Shown piece after piece: positions 23,920 to 38,316 of a DNA stretch of 64,000 bases. The notes beneath the pieces are model-generated. The model saw only the letters and a list, made by a program, of their open reading frames with translations. It was not told the DNA's origin and searched no databases. The stretch's first letter is position 1. Every line of letters starts with the position of its first letter. The stretch lies in contig NC_059431.1 in assembly GCF_021028975.2 (NCBI RefSeq), positions 84,444,001-84,508,000 of the forward strand, written 5' to 3'. The translations under genes and the position numbers were made by a program. This stretch comes from Sphaerodactylus townsendi (lineage: Eukaryota).

Positions 23920-26900
23920 GCCGGACTGGCCTAGTGTTTTCACTTTGACATGACACATCCAAAGTAGTCTGAAGTTCACTGCTCCAGACCAAAGATGCTT
24001 TCCACTGTTATAAAAAGTACTGCTTTTCACTGCATATAAACTGTTTCGTTTTACACCAATAAAGTCTCATGGCTGTATTATGAGGCAGCTTTATAGAAAT
24101 GTGATTACGTAAGTACTGTATAAAGAGAATACTGCTTTGTTTTATAAATTGGTTTATGCTAATTTACCACAGTTGCTTCCCCTTTTACTGTATATAACAT
24201 CTGTGATATTGGCATAAGTTGGCAGGAAATGAAAAAAATCTGATGTCACAATATAGGATTAAATGCACACTGAATAGTACATTTAAATCTATATAGCAAT
24301 CCAATGTTACTTTCAGTTGATTGTTTGAAATGATATCTAATTCAAAAAAATCTATTTCAATTGCATTTATTGCACGTCAGCATTTTAGGAAATGGGAATC
24401 AGCATTAGTAGTTATTTCTAAAACTCTTACATTTCTGTTTGTGTTGAAAAACAACACAAAGATGCAACTACCTACTCCATATAAAACAGGAATACTCCTT
24501 TCCTACTACTGTGACTGCCAGAAACAACTACCCTAGAAGCACCCATGTCTCAACCATCAAATAAAACTGGAAACGATTCTGAGTAGCAGCTACACCCTCC
24601 CTTTATTTCTTTATCTGATGAGAGCTGATCACCATACTGACCTCCCCAACACTCTTAACAATCTTCAGGTAATTACTACAAGCAATATATGGTGCTGGTG
24701 CAAATATTCTACAATGGGAGATTACACACAGCCAATCTAAAACAGGATAAGGAAGCAAAAAAAAACCATTTTAGGGGTAGAGGTTTGCACAAAACACTCC
24801 CACAAAATGGGTCAGACGCGTTTTAGAAAACCCAGTCCAGGTTAAATGAAGATCCCTATACAAGTGATCTTTTTCATATAACCCGGGTTTCAAACGCTTC
24901 CTGCTTGCCGGTGCGAACTACGACAGCAGGAACTGTCCAATTTCCCCCCTTCCATCCACCATTTGAGTGGATACTCTGGAGAATCCACTCAAATGGCGGC
25001 CACCATGTTCAGATGGGGGGGGGGGAGATTCTCAGTTGCAAGGGGGGGAATCCTTAACCATCCACTATTCCAAAGTCCCAGGCACAGGGTCTGGCTGCTC
25101 TTCACCACTACACTACACTGGTTCTCAAACACAGCCAGAATAAGATTTCATGAGTCAGAGCTTATTTCAACAAGAGCGGGAAGTGTACATCCATTAACGA
25201 GATATATTTAAAGTTTCAAGCAACATAAAGGCAGGGGTGATGCAATGTTACAAAATAAAAAATAACCAACCAAAGCCAAGTCAATCTAGTCAGAATGGAA
25301 TAAGGAACTCTTCCTACTGTTGATAGATAGGCAGATCTAATCGGTGCAGTGTAGTGAGAAACATCAGAACAGATTCAATTAGAGTAGTTGTGAAATTTTA
25401 TAAAAGTATAGCTGAACTAATTAACACCTGTAAAAGATGGGTTATGCAAACCACTAGCATCTATATTGAATGAAGAAACCCAAGTATTTGTTTAAACCTT
25501 GGGGAGACACAATGTTGAACTTCTTGATGAATCCTAATTCAGCATTTTCATATTTGCTTCTCCCTTTGAACTTTGAAGAATGGTAACCCTTAGATCAATA
25601 TCCCCAGCGACGCCCAATATGTCCTGGAAGCTTAAAATGTTTTCCCACTGGTTTCTGGAAACTATAATTAGATTAATTCATTCACCTGGGATTGGGTGGG
25701 AATGAAAGCATAAAAATTAGACTATGAGAATGGTCATAACCTTTATATTATAATTGCTGCGGGTTACATTTTGCCCTTTGTAGAGATTTGGCCTGACCCA
25801 AGTTAGTTTGTGCCACATCATGTTTATGTGGACCCTCAAGGGAACTACTGCTAAAAAAAATGACAGGTGTGGTTCTACAATTCAGAATAATTTCTGAATT
25901 GTCTTCCAACAAAATCAGCTGGCTGCAATTTTCTTTTCAAGTACAACATTCTTCATATGTTTATTTACTCTTCACAAAAGGAATATAGGATAAACCCAAA
26001 TATTTTCTTACAATAAACTGCACTGGCTACAAATCAAGAGAAAGCAGAAATGGTTAAATCTCAGTGAAATCCTGAATGTAGACACTATAAAAGAATAAAA
26101 TAGTTAACAGAAATAACTAAGGAAGTAAAAACAGGAGTTGAAAGGGATGCATAAGAAAGCTGGCAAGACCCTTACATTGCAGCCAGTACTTTTCCACCCT
26201 GTAAAAATCTATCTTCAAACTCTCAAGAAAAAAATTTGAAGAATGTTGCCCAGCCAAGGAAAGGGATTTTTCTCATTAGCACTGCTTTGAGCTTTTCCTA
26301 TAGAGGAAAAAGAAACAAATACTGATAGAGGGAGAGTGGCTTGCCAGCACTGAGTGATTACTGCTTAAGTATTTAAATATTTTAAATTATTTAAAAATCA
26401 AATTAAGACTTGAGAAGTTCACATGAGCATAATATTTTTTTTTGCCTTATCTTCAAATACCGGGCTTTTGCCGTGGCATCAGAGTTAGAAAAAACAAACA
26501 TCCAATAAAGAATAGCAATGCTCAGAGGAAAAAATATGTGCTTGCTTTTAGTATGCTGACATGCAAATGAATGCTGAAGGCAGGGTACCACTTTCTCATT
26601 CTGAAAGAGGCATTGATTCAACTCGGCTTCATTCCTAGCTATTGGGATTTCTCTCCTATTTATCTTGCTTACTTTGCCATTTAAAACTCTCTCAACGTAA
26701 GCAACAAATCTCCTTAATTTAATGAAAAAGCTTACAAGGCACCTATCAATAGGCATCTCAGTACAGGTAATAAAACACACAGAGCATCAACAAGAAAGTG
26801 AAGTGCATTTGCAAAAATAAAATAAAATAAAATCCCCTGAATGCAAGAGCTTTGATTTTTCTAACCCTTAGGACTTAGGCGACAAAACTCCATATCTATG

Positions 26901-27573
26901 GAAAAAAATACTTCCCAAACTAATTCCAAAATAAATATAAAAGAGAACAGAAGTAGATAGCATAGAAATGCAAACTGTAAGAGTAAAAAACAGGAGTTCA
27001 GAATAAAACAATTCTGTCTTCAGTTGATATGGGAAAAAAATCATAATCTTTAACACTACCCAACGTCAAAAAAGCAACAGAAAGGCTCTTAACATTTATA
27101 CTTTTGGAAAGGTAGTTAATGGCCAAGATGTATACTGCTGTTATGCTAAGTAGGCTTTAAATTTACTTTTTTCAGTGGACCAGATTTAACCACATCTGTA
27201 CCTCTAGTGATGGCCACTGACCAATACATATGTATATTTTGCATTTAAAACACCCCCTATTAGATACCACACAGCAGATATGTATTTATTTGTTTGTTTA
27301 TGAATCACATGATTGATTGTAAAAGCCAGGTGTGTTAGTCACTCACTCCTGCTAAAAGCTACTGTCCTACTTCTTACAACAAATAAATTCCATTCAGTTT
27401 CCAGCAAATTCCTGGTAATGACTGGTGCTACACCATCAGTGCAAACAGTAGGCTCCCTCAGGAATGTTTCACATGATCCATTCAGGCAGGACTGAATATT
27501 AGGCTTCATTTTTTTCTGTAGTGGCAAAGTTAACAAATGAACAGTACTCCCCTCCAGGCGGCCATGGTGGCAG

Positions 27574-27870
27574 TGGAGGAGGAGGAAGAGTTTGGATTTA
27601 TACCCCAACTTTCTCTCCTGTAAGGAGACTCAAGGTGGCTTACAAGCTCCTTTCCCTTCCTCTTCCCACAACTGACACCTTGTGAGGTAGGTGGGAGCTG
27701 AGAAAGTTCCAAAGAACTGTGAGTAGCCCAAAGTCACCCAGCAGGAATGCAGGAGTGCAGAAACACATCTGGTTCACCAGATAAGCCTCTGTCACTCAGG
27801 TGGAGGAGTGGGGAATCAAACCTGGTTCTCCAGATTAGTATCAACCTGCTTTTAACCACAACACGCTGGC
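27574..27870 (-). mobile_element. tRNA-derived CORE/MIR-like SINE (Squam3-like)
   Basis: Reverse-strand A box (gtggttaa) and B box (ggtttgattcc), CORE-like body and (CTC/CTT)n tail. Related to the copy at 41173. Confidence 0.8.
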
Positions 27871-28204
27871 CCAAAGAGAAGGTCTAAACCCCTTCTTCCC
27901 GTGGGCTGCAGTAACAATCCAAATCAAGACCTCATGCACATGTCAGTGACTCAACTATGACACATACCTGGGAAAAAAATAACATATAGCTAGACACTGG
28001 CTATTTATGTACTTGTGGTCTGCCCTGCAGCAAGCTATATTCCCTTTGGGTCAGATTCTTGGTAGTGTACACCCCCCCCGCCTTCCTGAACTCACCACAT
28101 CGCAAATCAGAAAAGCCTCATGGCTTTCAAAATCTCTTCAAGTGAAATTTTTCCTTTCTCTAGCTAAGAAATCAAAGATATTTTCTGGGTGCTCAGCTCA
28201 TTAT

Positions 28205-28345
28205 GGCTCCTTTCGCACATGCAGAATAATGCACTTTCAAACTGCTTTCAGTGCTCTTTGAAGCTGTGCGGAATAGCAAAATCCACTTGCAAACAGTTGT
28301 GAAAGCAGTTTGAAAACGCATTATTTTGCGTGTGCGGAAGGGGCC
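28205..28345. mobile_element. 141-bp Harbinger-like MITE, copy 2
   Basis: Near-identical to 11231-11371, with TSD TAT. Confidence 0.85.
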
Positions 28346-29694
28346 TATGGCTTTGCTCACCCATCCCACCTTTCCCCGCTTTTCCCTGCTCACCCAGCAG
28401 CAGTCCCTCCCACTCTCAGCCAGCAGAGTGGCCTGAAGGGTTTTCTTTTTTGCTGTTTTTTTTTTCAAGGAAAAAAAAGAGGCAGACAACAAGGAAGCAG
28501 AGGGCAAGGAAAATGGCAGCTGGTTCGACTGGGGAAGCTTCACAGCAGAGAAATCCCCAGTTTAAACTAAAATTGAACTAAAATGCAAAGAGCCATTGGA
28601 TAAGCACTGCATGCATAATAGGACCCTGCATCAGAGATATTGCTATCGTTTCTTAACTCAAGACGTGCCAAATTATGGTTACCAAAAAGTTTTATTTGAG
28701 AGACAACTTCAAACCATCGTTTCTGAATATGACTGGCAAATGCAAACCATGGTTAATTATTATGGTTTATCATGAATTAAACTTCCTTAAACCATGATTC
28801 AGCATGATGTTAGAACTGAACATGAGGGTTAATCTAAATTAGGCAGGCACCATAGATATTTTTCTCTTTTCACATAGTAGGTCTTGGGCCCTTAAGCCAA
28901 TAAGTGGACTCTGAAGAATTGATCAGTAGCATTTACTGAGTAAGCATAGAAGCACCACACTGGTGCTTCTGATGAAACTGGCAACACACACACAAGCCTT
29001 TATTGGCATATAAAACAGGACAATTCTGATGAAACTGGCATTCACAGTTCCCTTTATTCCCCGTAGAGAACCCCCCTCCCATTTCCCAAGAGTTTGTGAA
29101 AAACAGCCTTTGAAGCTAAGGCGCCCCAAGGTCGGCAGCAGATAGCAGACCACCTGGTTTCCTGCCACATGAGATAACAGATGTAACATAGTTCCCATGG
29201 GACAGGAGGACCAAAGGAAGTCTAGTTGTCTACAAGCATGTGAAGCCCTAAAGCAAAGATCAAGGAAAGAATGGACAGATGGCAGTGTACATATAGCAGG
29301 CTGGTTACATATATCTTTATAGCAGCAGCAATTTGTTATTTTAAGCTGTTGTACAATTCTTGGAATGTATCTCAATCACCTAGATAGCATCCTCCTGACA
29401 CAGATATTAATTTGTTGATGAGACTTACCAGATGAATTTGCCACATCAGCTATCCACCTAAACAAATCCATCATGGTTTCTCATTCTCTTTTTCAGTCCA
29501 TGGCTATAAGACTGTTTGCATTGTATTCCTGGGCAAGGAAGCTTTCAGAACTGATAGGCCTTAGCGTTCTGACTCCAAACTATCTACAAAAATACTGAAG
29601 CTATCTAGCTATCTGTGCCCATAATTCTTCATTAAAATATAGAATTCTACAATCTCCTTGAAGAAGCTTGTTATGCCTTATGCTGTTGTCCTAC

Positions 29695-29861
29695 CTGATC
29701 TCTTGGCTGTGGAAGTGAAGCCTGAAGGTTCAGAATCTGATTGAACAAAGGACTTTGCAGCACTGATTTCAGTAAACTCAGTTTTTCCTCATTTGCTGTA
29801 TCACCCCGTTCTCGCAATTTCGCTTGTAGACGCTCCACTGCCTGGAGAGCTCGGTGAGTAT
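29695..29861 (-). CDS. MPDZ: MPDZ exon 3 (167 nt; L27 domain)
   Basis: tttttacag|ATACTC...GATCAG|gtagg. Encodes DTHRALQAVERLQAKLRERGDTANEEKLSLLKSVLQSPLFNQILNLQASLPQPRDQ, the MPDZ/PATJ-type L27 domain. Confidence 0.97.
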
Positions 29862-30919
29862 CTGTAAAAATATGCATTTTACTTAGTGCCCTGTTCTTCT
29901 AATAATTATATATGCTGCAAGACATGACCCATTACTTGAACTTTCCCTCCATCATAGTGTTTGAACAACAGGTCAGAGATCCACTATATAAGTATACATC
30001 ACTCTGCAGAACACAACTTATGCTCTGGCCCTTAGGCTTTCCATCACATATTGTTTTTTACCTGTCTGCCCACTCCCATATTCTGCTCCTATTTTTCCTA
30101 CTTAATTGTTTTATTATCTATTTTTGATCTTGAGGTCCCAATAAGGCTGACTTCACCTTATCGTATTCACTGTTTGGTTCCCTGTTTTATACCATTTCAG
30201 AAGTAGAGACTATGCTCAGTCATCAATTCTGTCCAAACAGCTAGACATTGATACTGAGTATCAACTACTGTCTCCCTTTTAACACATGGACCTGATTCTT
30301 GCAAAGGACAACAGTCCATTGTTTCAACATAGCAGTCCAGATTTTGTTGCTCTCCAAACTTGTTCTGATCCACAATTAATTCATGTTGAACCATTCACTA
30401 GAGTAAGGTTCATATTGTTTCCACCTACTTTTTCTTGCAGTGAAAAACAGTGATAAAGTGAAGCCACCGTAAGACAGGATAGAACTAGCCATACCAGTAA
30501 AAATTAGTGCATTCACAGTAACACATAGGAAACATTGCTTTGGACTCCACTGAAAATCTCCAGACAGAAGGATTTCCATCAACAGAGTATCCTAATTTCC
30601 TAATGTATAGCTATATCTAATTTGTAAGTATGATAAAACCTTAAGACAATGCTATATACAACTCAATATTAATTTACATCATTTTCAAATAAGCTGTACA
30701 AATGTAACTAAATAACAGCTGAACAATCTGATCCTCTACAGCATACTTTTGATATTCTGCATTACTGGATTCCATTCAGTGAATTGTTTACTAATGACTA
30801 TCTTATGTCTCTCTTTAATTTAAATAAAAGTAAGGTAATGTAGTTCAGCATAACTCTTTAAAATGAAAAATCAAACTGACTTTAAATATGCAAATATATA
30901 TTTTAGCTTCAAGTCTTAC

Positions 30920-30935
30920 CTATTGTTTCCAACAT
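30920..30935 (-). CDS. MPDZ: MPDZ start codon, coding part of exon 2 (ATG TTG GAA ACA ATA G; MLETI). Whole exon inferred as 30920-30983
   Basis: gcagacATGTTGGAAACAATAG|gtaagac matches mammalian MLEAID. Upstream acceptor cctttgttctag| with AG at 30984-30985. Confidence 0.93.
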
Positions 30936-33900
30936 GTCTGCCAATTTCCACTTCACCAAATGGCTGTCAATAAAAAGGTCTTTCTAGAACAAAGGTAAGA
31001 GGGGGAGGATTTTAAGAATTAAACCCTAAAAACAGGAACTGAAAACCACTTATTACTCTGTCACAGTTGCATTCAAGGCTGACAGTTTTAGCAGAAATCT
31101 ATTTCAGTTACATTTCATGCACTTCTTTGCATACAAAATTGTGAACTATACAAAACTAATTTATAACCTGATCCCAAACACTTGTGTTGATTTCATGTCA
31201 CTTCAATAGCACTGTAAATACTACATTTTGAGAAACTGCTCTGAGACCCTATTGTAAGCTCTGCTCTGACACAAAAAGACGTAACAATGACTTATTTTTG
31301 CTTTACCGGACATTATGCCATTTGGTATTGTAAATGCCATTTCCAGTTTATTGAACAAGGGAGGAAGGGCGTAATGTGCAGAGGACAGCAAGAAGAAAGC
31401 TGCTGGAGAAGATGTAATAGAAGGGGTGAACAAGGATCCAGAGAAGAAGTGGTGCAGAACTAACAGAACTGAGTTGGTTGCTTTTCGTTGGGCACCCATA
31501 TTCTCTGGCCAGGATTTTGCACTAGAGGCTCTTCCCAAAGAGCAGCTGTGAGGCCTCTAATAACGAAACCCTAGATTTTGATTATTTTGTCATTACGCTG
31601 CCTATTCTATTCCATTTCAGCTATTGTTTTTCAAAAAGGAAACATGTTCTGAAATCTATCTTCTAATAACTACGAACATACTTTTGTGTCTAAGAGTCTC
31701 CAACCAGAAGCTTCAATATGCTTCATTAACAGACATTATATTATTTAACTTTCACAGGTCTATTTTTATAGGCAAAAATGATTATGAAGCACACAATGAC
31801 AAAGACAGAAGTTGCAGTAACTGGCTTTACCTCATGGCGAGTATCACAGATATGATCATATCAAAGAGTTGTTGGAATTAACATTAATATCCAGGCCCAT
31901 ACATTCATCAGATAGGCTGGATATAAACCTTCCATCACAACAGAAGTGAGAAAGCTTTTTTCATACAAGCGGCACCACACCAAATGAGACATATAATGCT
32001 CACAGAGGAATGAGGCACACTGTATCTTATGCACAGACATACAAATTATATTATACACAGGCATTTATTTTCCCTTTCCCATAAGTGCACATACTTCTCT
32101 ACCTCCTCGTACATTTTAAAAAAGCATGCTTGGTACCTGGGCACAGAAACACACAAGGGAGGATACTGAAATTGGAATGTAATTGCAGGCTCCTACCTAC
32201 AGATCCTTTGGGAACCCTCTAGAACCCACGCCATCAGCAATGCATTCATGTCAAGTATCTGTGATCATCCCATACGCAATCTGAATCTGGCATCTAGTAA
32301 CTCTGCACGTTCATTTTAAAGAAACTTCTAGTTTCTTAGCTACAACTATTATACAACATAGAAAATACAAGAGCTTGACTCCTAAAGATTAGACAGAACT
32401 TTCAGACATTGCACAAATCCTTCTCCAGCCCCATTTCCAGCACGGACAAGATTACTAAATATATGCAAAATGGCCAAACAGGTCACAGAATTTCAGGGGG
32501 ATGTGAGGGGAAGAGGGGAATTGGCACAAAGTATACAAGGCTCTGCAAAAAGACACCACCCACAGTGATGAGTCTAGGACTAACCAAGCACAGTATGAGG
32601 CTAAATTAATGAGACGTCATGAAAGAGTTTCAAGGGGCCAGAGGGAATGGTAGAGGCCTGATTTGGCCATAAGCCTGGAGGCTTCTTCTAAATTAGGATG
32701 ATTTTTGAGAGGAAGGGGGTATCCTGTTTTATTTATTTACACATGTATTTGTTAATCACAGTAACGATTAGACTACCTGACAAATTTTATCTTCCTGTGA
32801 TTTTTGGAAATGGCTTACAAATTCTGATAGGTACTTTTCACAAAAAGCAGAAAACGATACATTTTAGAATTATTCTGAAATTAGTAAATTTTAGTACTAA
32901 TATTATCTTTCCTGGCTGCTAGTCATCTTTGAAACATCATTAAGTATGCTAATTCTTATCTTTAAAGCTCTAAATGTGACTGGGCCATGGTTCTTAGGGT
33001 AAGCTTTTTTCCTATGCATGCCTTACGACATGCAAATGAGGCCTCACTTTATCGTCCTTCACTAATCAAAACAGAATAAGGCCATGGGCCAAAGTTTTCT
33101 GATTCATAGCACTGACCATAACTGTATACTTCACACCAACAGGTTATGATACTGTTCACAATATAGACATACTGATTAGATCCTGCTTGTCTGTAGCTCC
33201 TTTTATGGTTTAATTTATAATATTCATATATATGTTTGTTTATTATTGTTGGCAAACTGGTCAATCATCTGGATAAATATTGTCAATTGACCAGAAATCA
33301 AATAACTTCAAATATCCAATGAAGACAAGAACACTGCTATATTGGCGGCAGCTTGCCCGTTTGTTTTTTTTTGTTTCACTGTGTGGTATTCTGTGAGACA
33401 GAAAAGGAAAGAGTACAGATTGTTTCAGCAGCCAGAGATCCAGCTCACTGAACAGCAAAACTTCTCCTACTGGCCAGTGTATACAACTGAAGGCAGAGGG
33501 AAGAACTGGATCACTATATACTTAACATGATAAAAGTCAACGTTTTATACAGTTGGAATTGCTTTAATTTCATTTAAAGTCTAGGCGCTCTAATGTTCCA
33601 GGATAGAACCAAAAAGAACACTTGTTCAGTGACTAGTTCCCTTTTATAGAAACCTTACATACCAGTGCTAACTTACAGTAATTATTTATATATATATAAT
33701 AAATTTAACACAGAAGCTTTTACAGTAGGAATTAATTATTTTTGTATTTGGCATAAACATCAAACTACTGATGATTAACTTATGTATATTTGTTCTTACA
33801 AAATTAACTTTCTAAAAATATTTGTCTAATATTTATCTACTGTTAATCACTCAGATGACCTTTTTCCATAGGTCAAATGCTCAGTCATCATTTTTATACA

Positions 33901-35075
33901 TGTAAGTGTGTACACACATAGATTGTCATATTTTAACAGAAACAAGACTATAAATTTTATAAACAAATCACTAAATTCAACTTTACTACTGTATGGAGAT
34001 TAATGTAAACAGAACTATATCAAAATGAGATTAGTCTGCATCCTGCTATTGTTGACTCCCACCAGCAGATGAAGACATTTCCCCCACACTGACATGTCCC
34101 CAGCATGAGCGTCACTGGCTTGCCTCCCTAGTTGTGTGATTATGTGTTTGTGTGTTGATATGTTTTACTTAACAGTTTAAATATTTTATATATTCTCATA
34201 GTGTTATAATGTCTTACTATTTCAAAGCTTTAATGTTTCAATGTTGACTGCCTTAGAAACCCTAGTTGGGTGGAACGGTGCCACAGAAGTGTTTAAATAA
34301 TTAAAAAAATAAAAACAAATCAATTGGGTCTTCTATATTCTTATCACAGCAACATTAAAAGTGATACAAAACTGCAATGTATTATGCTACTTCTTTTTCA
34401 GTGTTAATTGCTTTGTGTAAATACAAGGTTTGCAGTATCGCAAGGCAATCCTTAACAAAGTTACACCCTTTTAACTCCACTGACTACTTTAAATAAATAA
34501 TAACTAAAAAATAATATAAGACTGTTGGGAACATTTACAGCATTTAGCAAATGTTTCATTTAGAAAGACTTATAAAACCTCTTAGAAATAATATAAAAAT
34601 TTTACATTAATAACAGGTTTTGTTTAGGGATTTTCCATAGTGACTATGTGAAACATTCTGTTAGAAATACCACTGCAATGCATATCAACTAAGTATAATG
34701 TTAAAACAAGACAAATGCATATTCAAGATTGTGGAATAATTATACAAGTTATATCCTAAACACAATTGTGGTCAGAAGATCTTCACATCCATGTTTTATA
34801 TTTTTCCCCCAATCTATATCAATTTATACTTTTAAAATGTATTAATGTATGGTCAGTTGTATCAGAATGACACCAGGAAGTAACTACATAGAAATGCACA
34901 TCCTGTAGAAAGCATTGTTGTGCACCTATGCTACACATGACTCATAATGAAAGCTTCTCTACACCTTTCAGTTCCATTAGCCTACCTGGGCAAAAATACT
35001 AGGCATATCTGACTGTAAAGAAGTTGCAAAAATCTACGAAAAGTATACTAGAATATTTCTTATCATGTAACAATC

Positions 35076-35270
35076 AGTGGTAGCAAAAAGTGCCATCAAG
35101 TCACAACACCATGCGGCTTCCAAGGCAAGACATGTTCAAAGGTGGTTTTCCAGTTCCTACCTCTACAAAGGGACCCTGAACTTCCATGAACGTATCCCAT
35201 CCACATACTAACCAGGACCAAGCCTCCTTAGCTTCTGAGATCTGACAAGATTGGCCTAACCTGGGACATC
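35076..35270 (-). mobile_element. 5S rRNA-derived SINE with an RTE/BovB-type tail
   Basis: The minus strand reads ...gatctcagaagctaaggaggcttggtcctggttagtatgtggatggga (5S boxes A and C), followed by ...tcttgccttggaa...gacttgatggcac. Confidence 0.75.
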
Positions 35271-38186
35271 CAGGCTAGGTCAACAAATCAGCAGTAATTA
35301 TTAAAAATTATGATTAGCCCAAATAATTATATAATACAATTCACAGGTGAATACTCTTTGAAGGATACTTTCTGTCAGTGATGAGATGTTCATTTACAAA
35401 GCAAACAAAGATGTAACCTTTCATGAGCACTGGCATCGTATAGCTAATTATTTTCTATCTGGCACTACAACTTGGCCCCTAAACTTGTCAAAGCTGAAAT
35501 CATCATAGCAAAGTGTAAATACAAATAAAAGAAAATACAGTTTTGCTATTTTGTGACAGTATGTTTATAAGAATTATTACTTTTTTATTAACTAATTTGC
35601 TTTGAGAATGGTGAGGTTGGATAGCGGATGAACTAAACTGTCAGATGCTGTCAACAAATTGACAATATTTGAATGTGAGAAAATGTTCCACTAAGTCAAA
35701 ACATGTATGTAGTGAGGGCTCCAAGTTCTCTAGCCATGTAGACCTTCTCTAGCCATGTAGGCCCCATGATATATACACACATACACACACACCCTGACCT
35801 ACAGTTTAATCATATTTAAAAACTGGAGTTTTTTGTCATTGAGCATAGACCAATGAGCAAAATGTATAACTCTTTACATACAAATATATTGAATATTGCT
35901 AGTGTGTGTTTATACTTGCAAAGTCTTATTTACATCTAACAATAATCAATTATAACACTTTAGAATTTATGATAATAGCTTCCAGGCAACCGACAGGTTA
36001 TATTTCTATCTATAACGTAACTCTCTTGCAGTTCTAACACTTTCAGTGGCTTATCACTAGTTGACAATATTTGACTCTTCAAGAATGTTTTGACCAATCA
36101 AATGGCCATCATATAAATATTTTAAACCAATTAATAATAAAAATGCAAGTTTTACAGCACACTGGTGATAAAAGCTCTAAAATCAGACAGGATTAATAGA
36201 ATGTCAAAAGAATGAAAATTTAAAAATAATTAATCAGCTGATTTAAATAAATCCAACTTATTTAACAAATACCATAACACACTCTGCTACAAATCCATAA
36301 ATATTTGAACTTTATTTTTGCAGTCCTGGACCAGCAAAACTTCTAATTGACTTTAATCCAATGATTAAAGTGTGACTTATGTGTGCTAGACATTAATCTA
36401 ATATAACTCAGATTAAAGCATGAAAGAAAAAATTAACTGATCTGTTGCATATGGATGCTAAAAGTGTAGAGGGCCAGGGGAAATAAAGGTTACCTATACT
36501 AGCATTTAAAGCTAGTATATCCTTTCCCAGAAATGACATTACTGCATATTTGTTTTAACACAGGACAGGAAATGTCTCACAGTTCACAGTGGGAAAGTGT
36601 GTCTATACTTACAATACAAAGTTTAAGGAGCACATTTATCAAATTAAGTTAAATTAGTAGCAACAATATTAATGCTTATTTCTCTGTTGGAAATAAAAGA
36701 GAAATAGACATAACCAAAGGAACACAAGCTTCTGTATTAGTAAGATATGCCATTCTTCCATTTCAGCAGTTGATGAAACTAGGGAGATAAAACCGTGGCA
36801 TGATTCTCATGTAACAAAAAGTCTGCTGTGACAAGCCTTAGAAAATCCCTAGGTTTATTCTTCCCCTGGTTCCCCACTCTTCTGCCTTCACAGGTAACTC
36901 ATAAATTAATCATTTTAACTTTTATAGTAAATCATAATGAGCTGGTTTAAATCACAAACTATGGTTTATGCCCCTTCTTCCAAACCAGGGTTCAAAACTA
37001 CATTTTAGTCCTGGTTTGGAGATGAAACAACAAAACCAAAGGTTTTGGCATAATAAAGAACTATGGTTTGCAATGAAATTATAAGCAACTAATAGTTGAA
37101 TCTTGTGTAAGAGGAAGAGGGAGGAAATGGAAGCATTCTCCAGTTGGGAGTTGTCCATTGCCTTTCTGATTAAGATGCCACAGGCATCTTTGTTTGTTTA
37201 GCTATAACACAGCTGCTTCTCTCAAACTAGTGGTCTATCAATGTGGATGTTTTTTTAAAAAAAAACTAGATTCAGAATTACAACAGTAAGAAACAAAATA
37301 TCATTTACAAAAGGATTTTCAATATTTTGCATAAAATACCCACAGGATCTTTAGAACTAGTTAAGGAAAGAATTCAACCTTTATTTGCAACCCTATAACC
37401 CTATTCTGAACCCAACAAGAACATAGCTAAATATGTAAACTTGTTAGCAACATCTTATCTCTAGGGAATGCTTAACATTCCAATGACATAAACTTCAGAG
37501 AACACTACTGATATTTGCTTATAGGAATTTTTTAAAAAGTTAAGAAATTGATGATGATATACTGTGCATCCCACTTAAATTCTAAGGTCACAATCTAGCC
37601 CCCAAATTAACTACCCTGAAATAGTGGGTTTATGTGTACCTCTTCCTGTTCTAAACTGGTGCCTATGTTCGCACTACAAATGTGCAATTATCTTTTAAAA
37701 ATTTAATTAAACTTGGTAGAGATTACTTATACTTTCCTATTGAATTTAAAAGATATGTTGTCTGGTGGAAGGGATGTATACTACAAAAATATTAATTACA
37801 TTTGAGAGAATGATCTTGATATAATATGCTAATTTGTAAACAAAATATAAATTCTGAAGAGAAAATCAAGAGTATAGATCAGGATCATTAACACAGTTTA
37901 GTTACCCTGAACACTTAATCAGACTGCTACTAGTATGATAAAAAAATGATTTTCTCACCTTTTCAATTATACTGTCATGCAAGAGTTGATTTATTAAGCC
38001 TTGTCAATAAGAGATCAGACAGTATTTGCTGTTCTGAATTATCATAGTCTGCAAGCTCTGGAACTTATGTATATGGCATTGGCATTAACCTAATTCTTGC
38101 ATCCCTATTCTTATCCAAACTAATTAAACCTGGTACAATTATCAGCTCCTTGATTTAATTTACTGCAGGAGCAAATTAGTATCTTA

Positions 38187-38316
38187 GGCTGATTCCGCAC
38201 ACGCAGAATAATGCACTTTCAAGCTGCTTTCAGGGCTCTTTGAAGCTGTGCGGAATGGCAAAAACAGTTGTGAAAGCAGCTTGAAAGTGCATTATTTTGC
38301 GTGTGCGGAATGAGCC
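38187..38316. mobile_element. Harbinger-like MITE, copy 3 (130 bp)
   Basis: TTA|GGCTGATTCCGCAC...GTGCGGAATGAGCC|TTA. Confidence 0.85.

Noticed and set aside
24716-25200. Possible old Harbinger-like element (also about 11700-12430, 42168-42560 and 53610-54110)
   Set aside because: Repeat-like character, but I could not fix TIRs or TSDs with confidence.
845-30935. PATJ (INADL) as an alternative identity
   Set aside because: The N-terminus MLETID, the L27 sequence and the linker [21 protein letters not shown] match MPDZ rather than PATJ.
35726-35760. 16-bp direct duplication (similar ones at 28967/29024 and 60063/60079)
   Set aside because: Ordinary slippage duplications with no array structure; not CRISPR-like.
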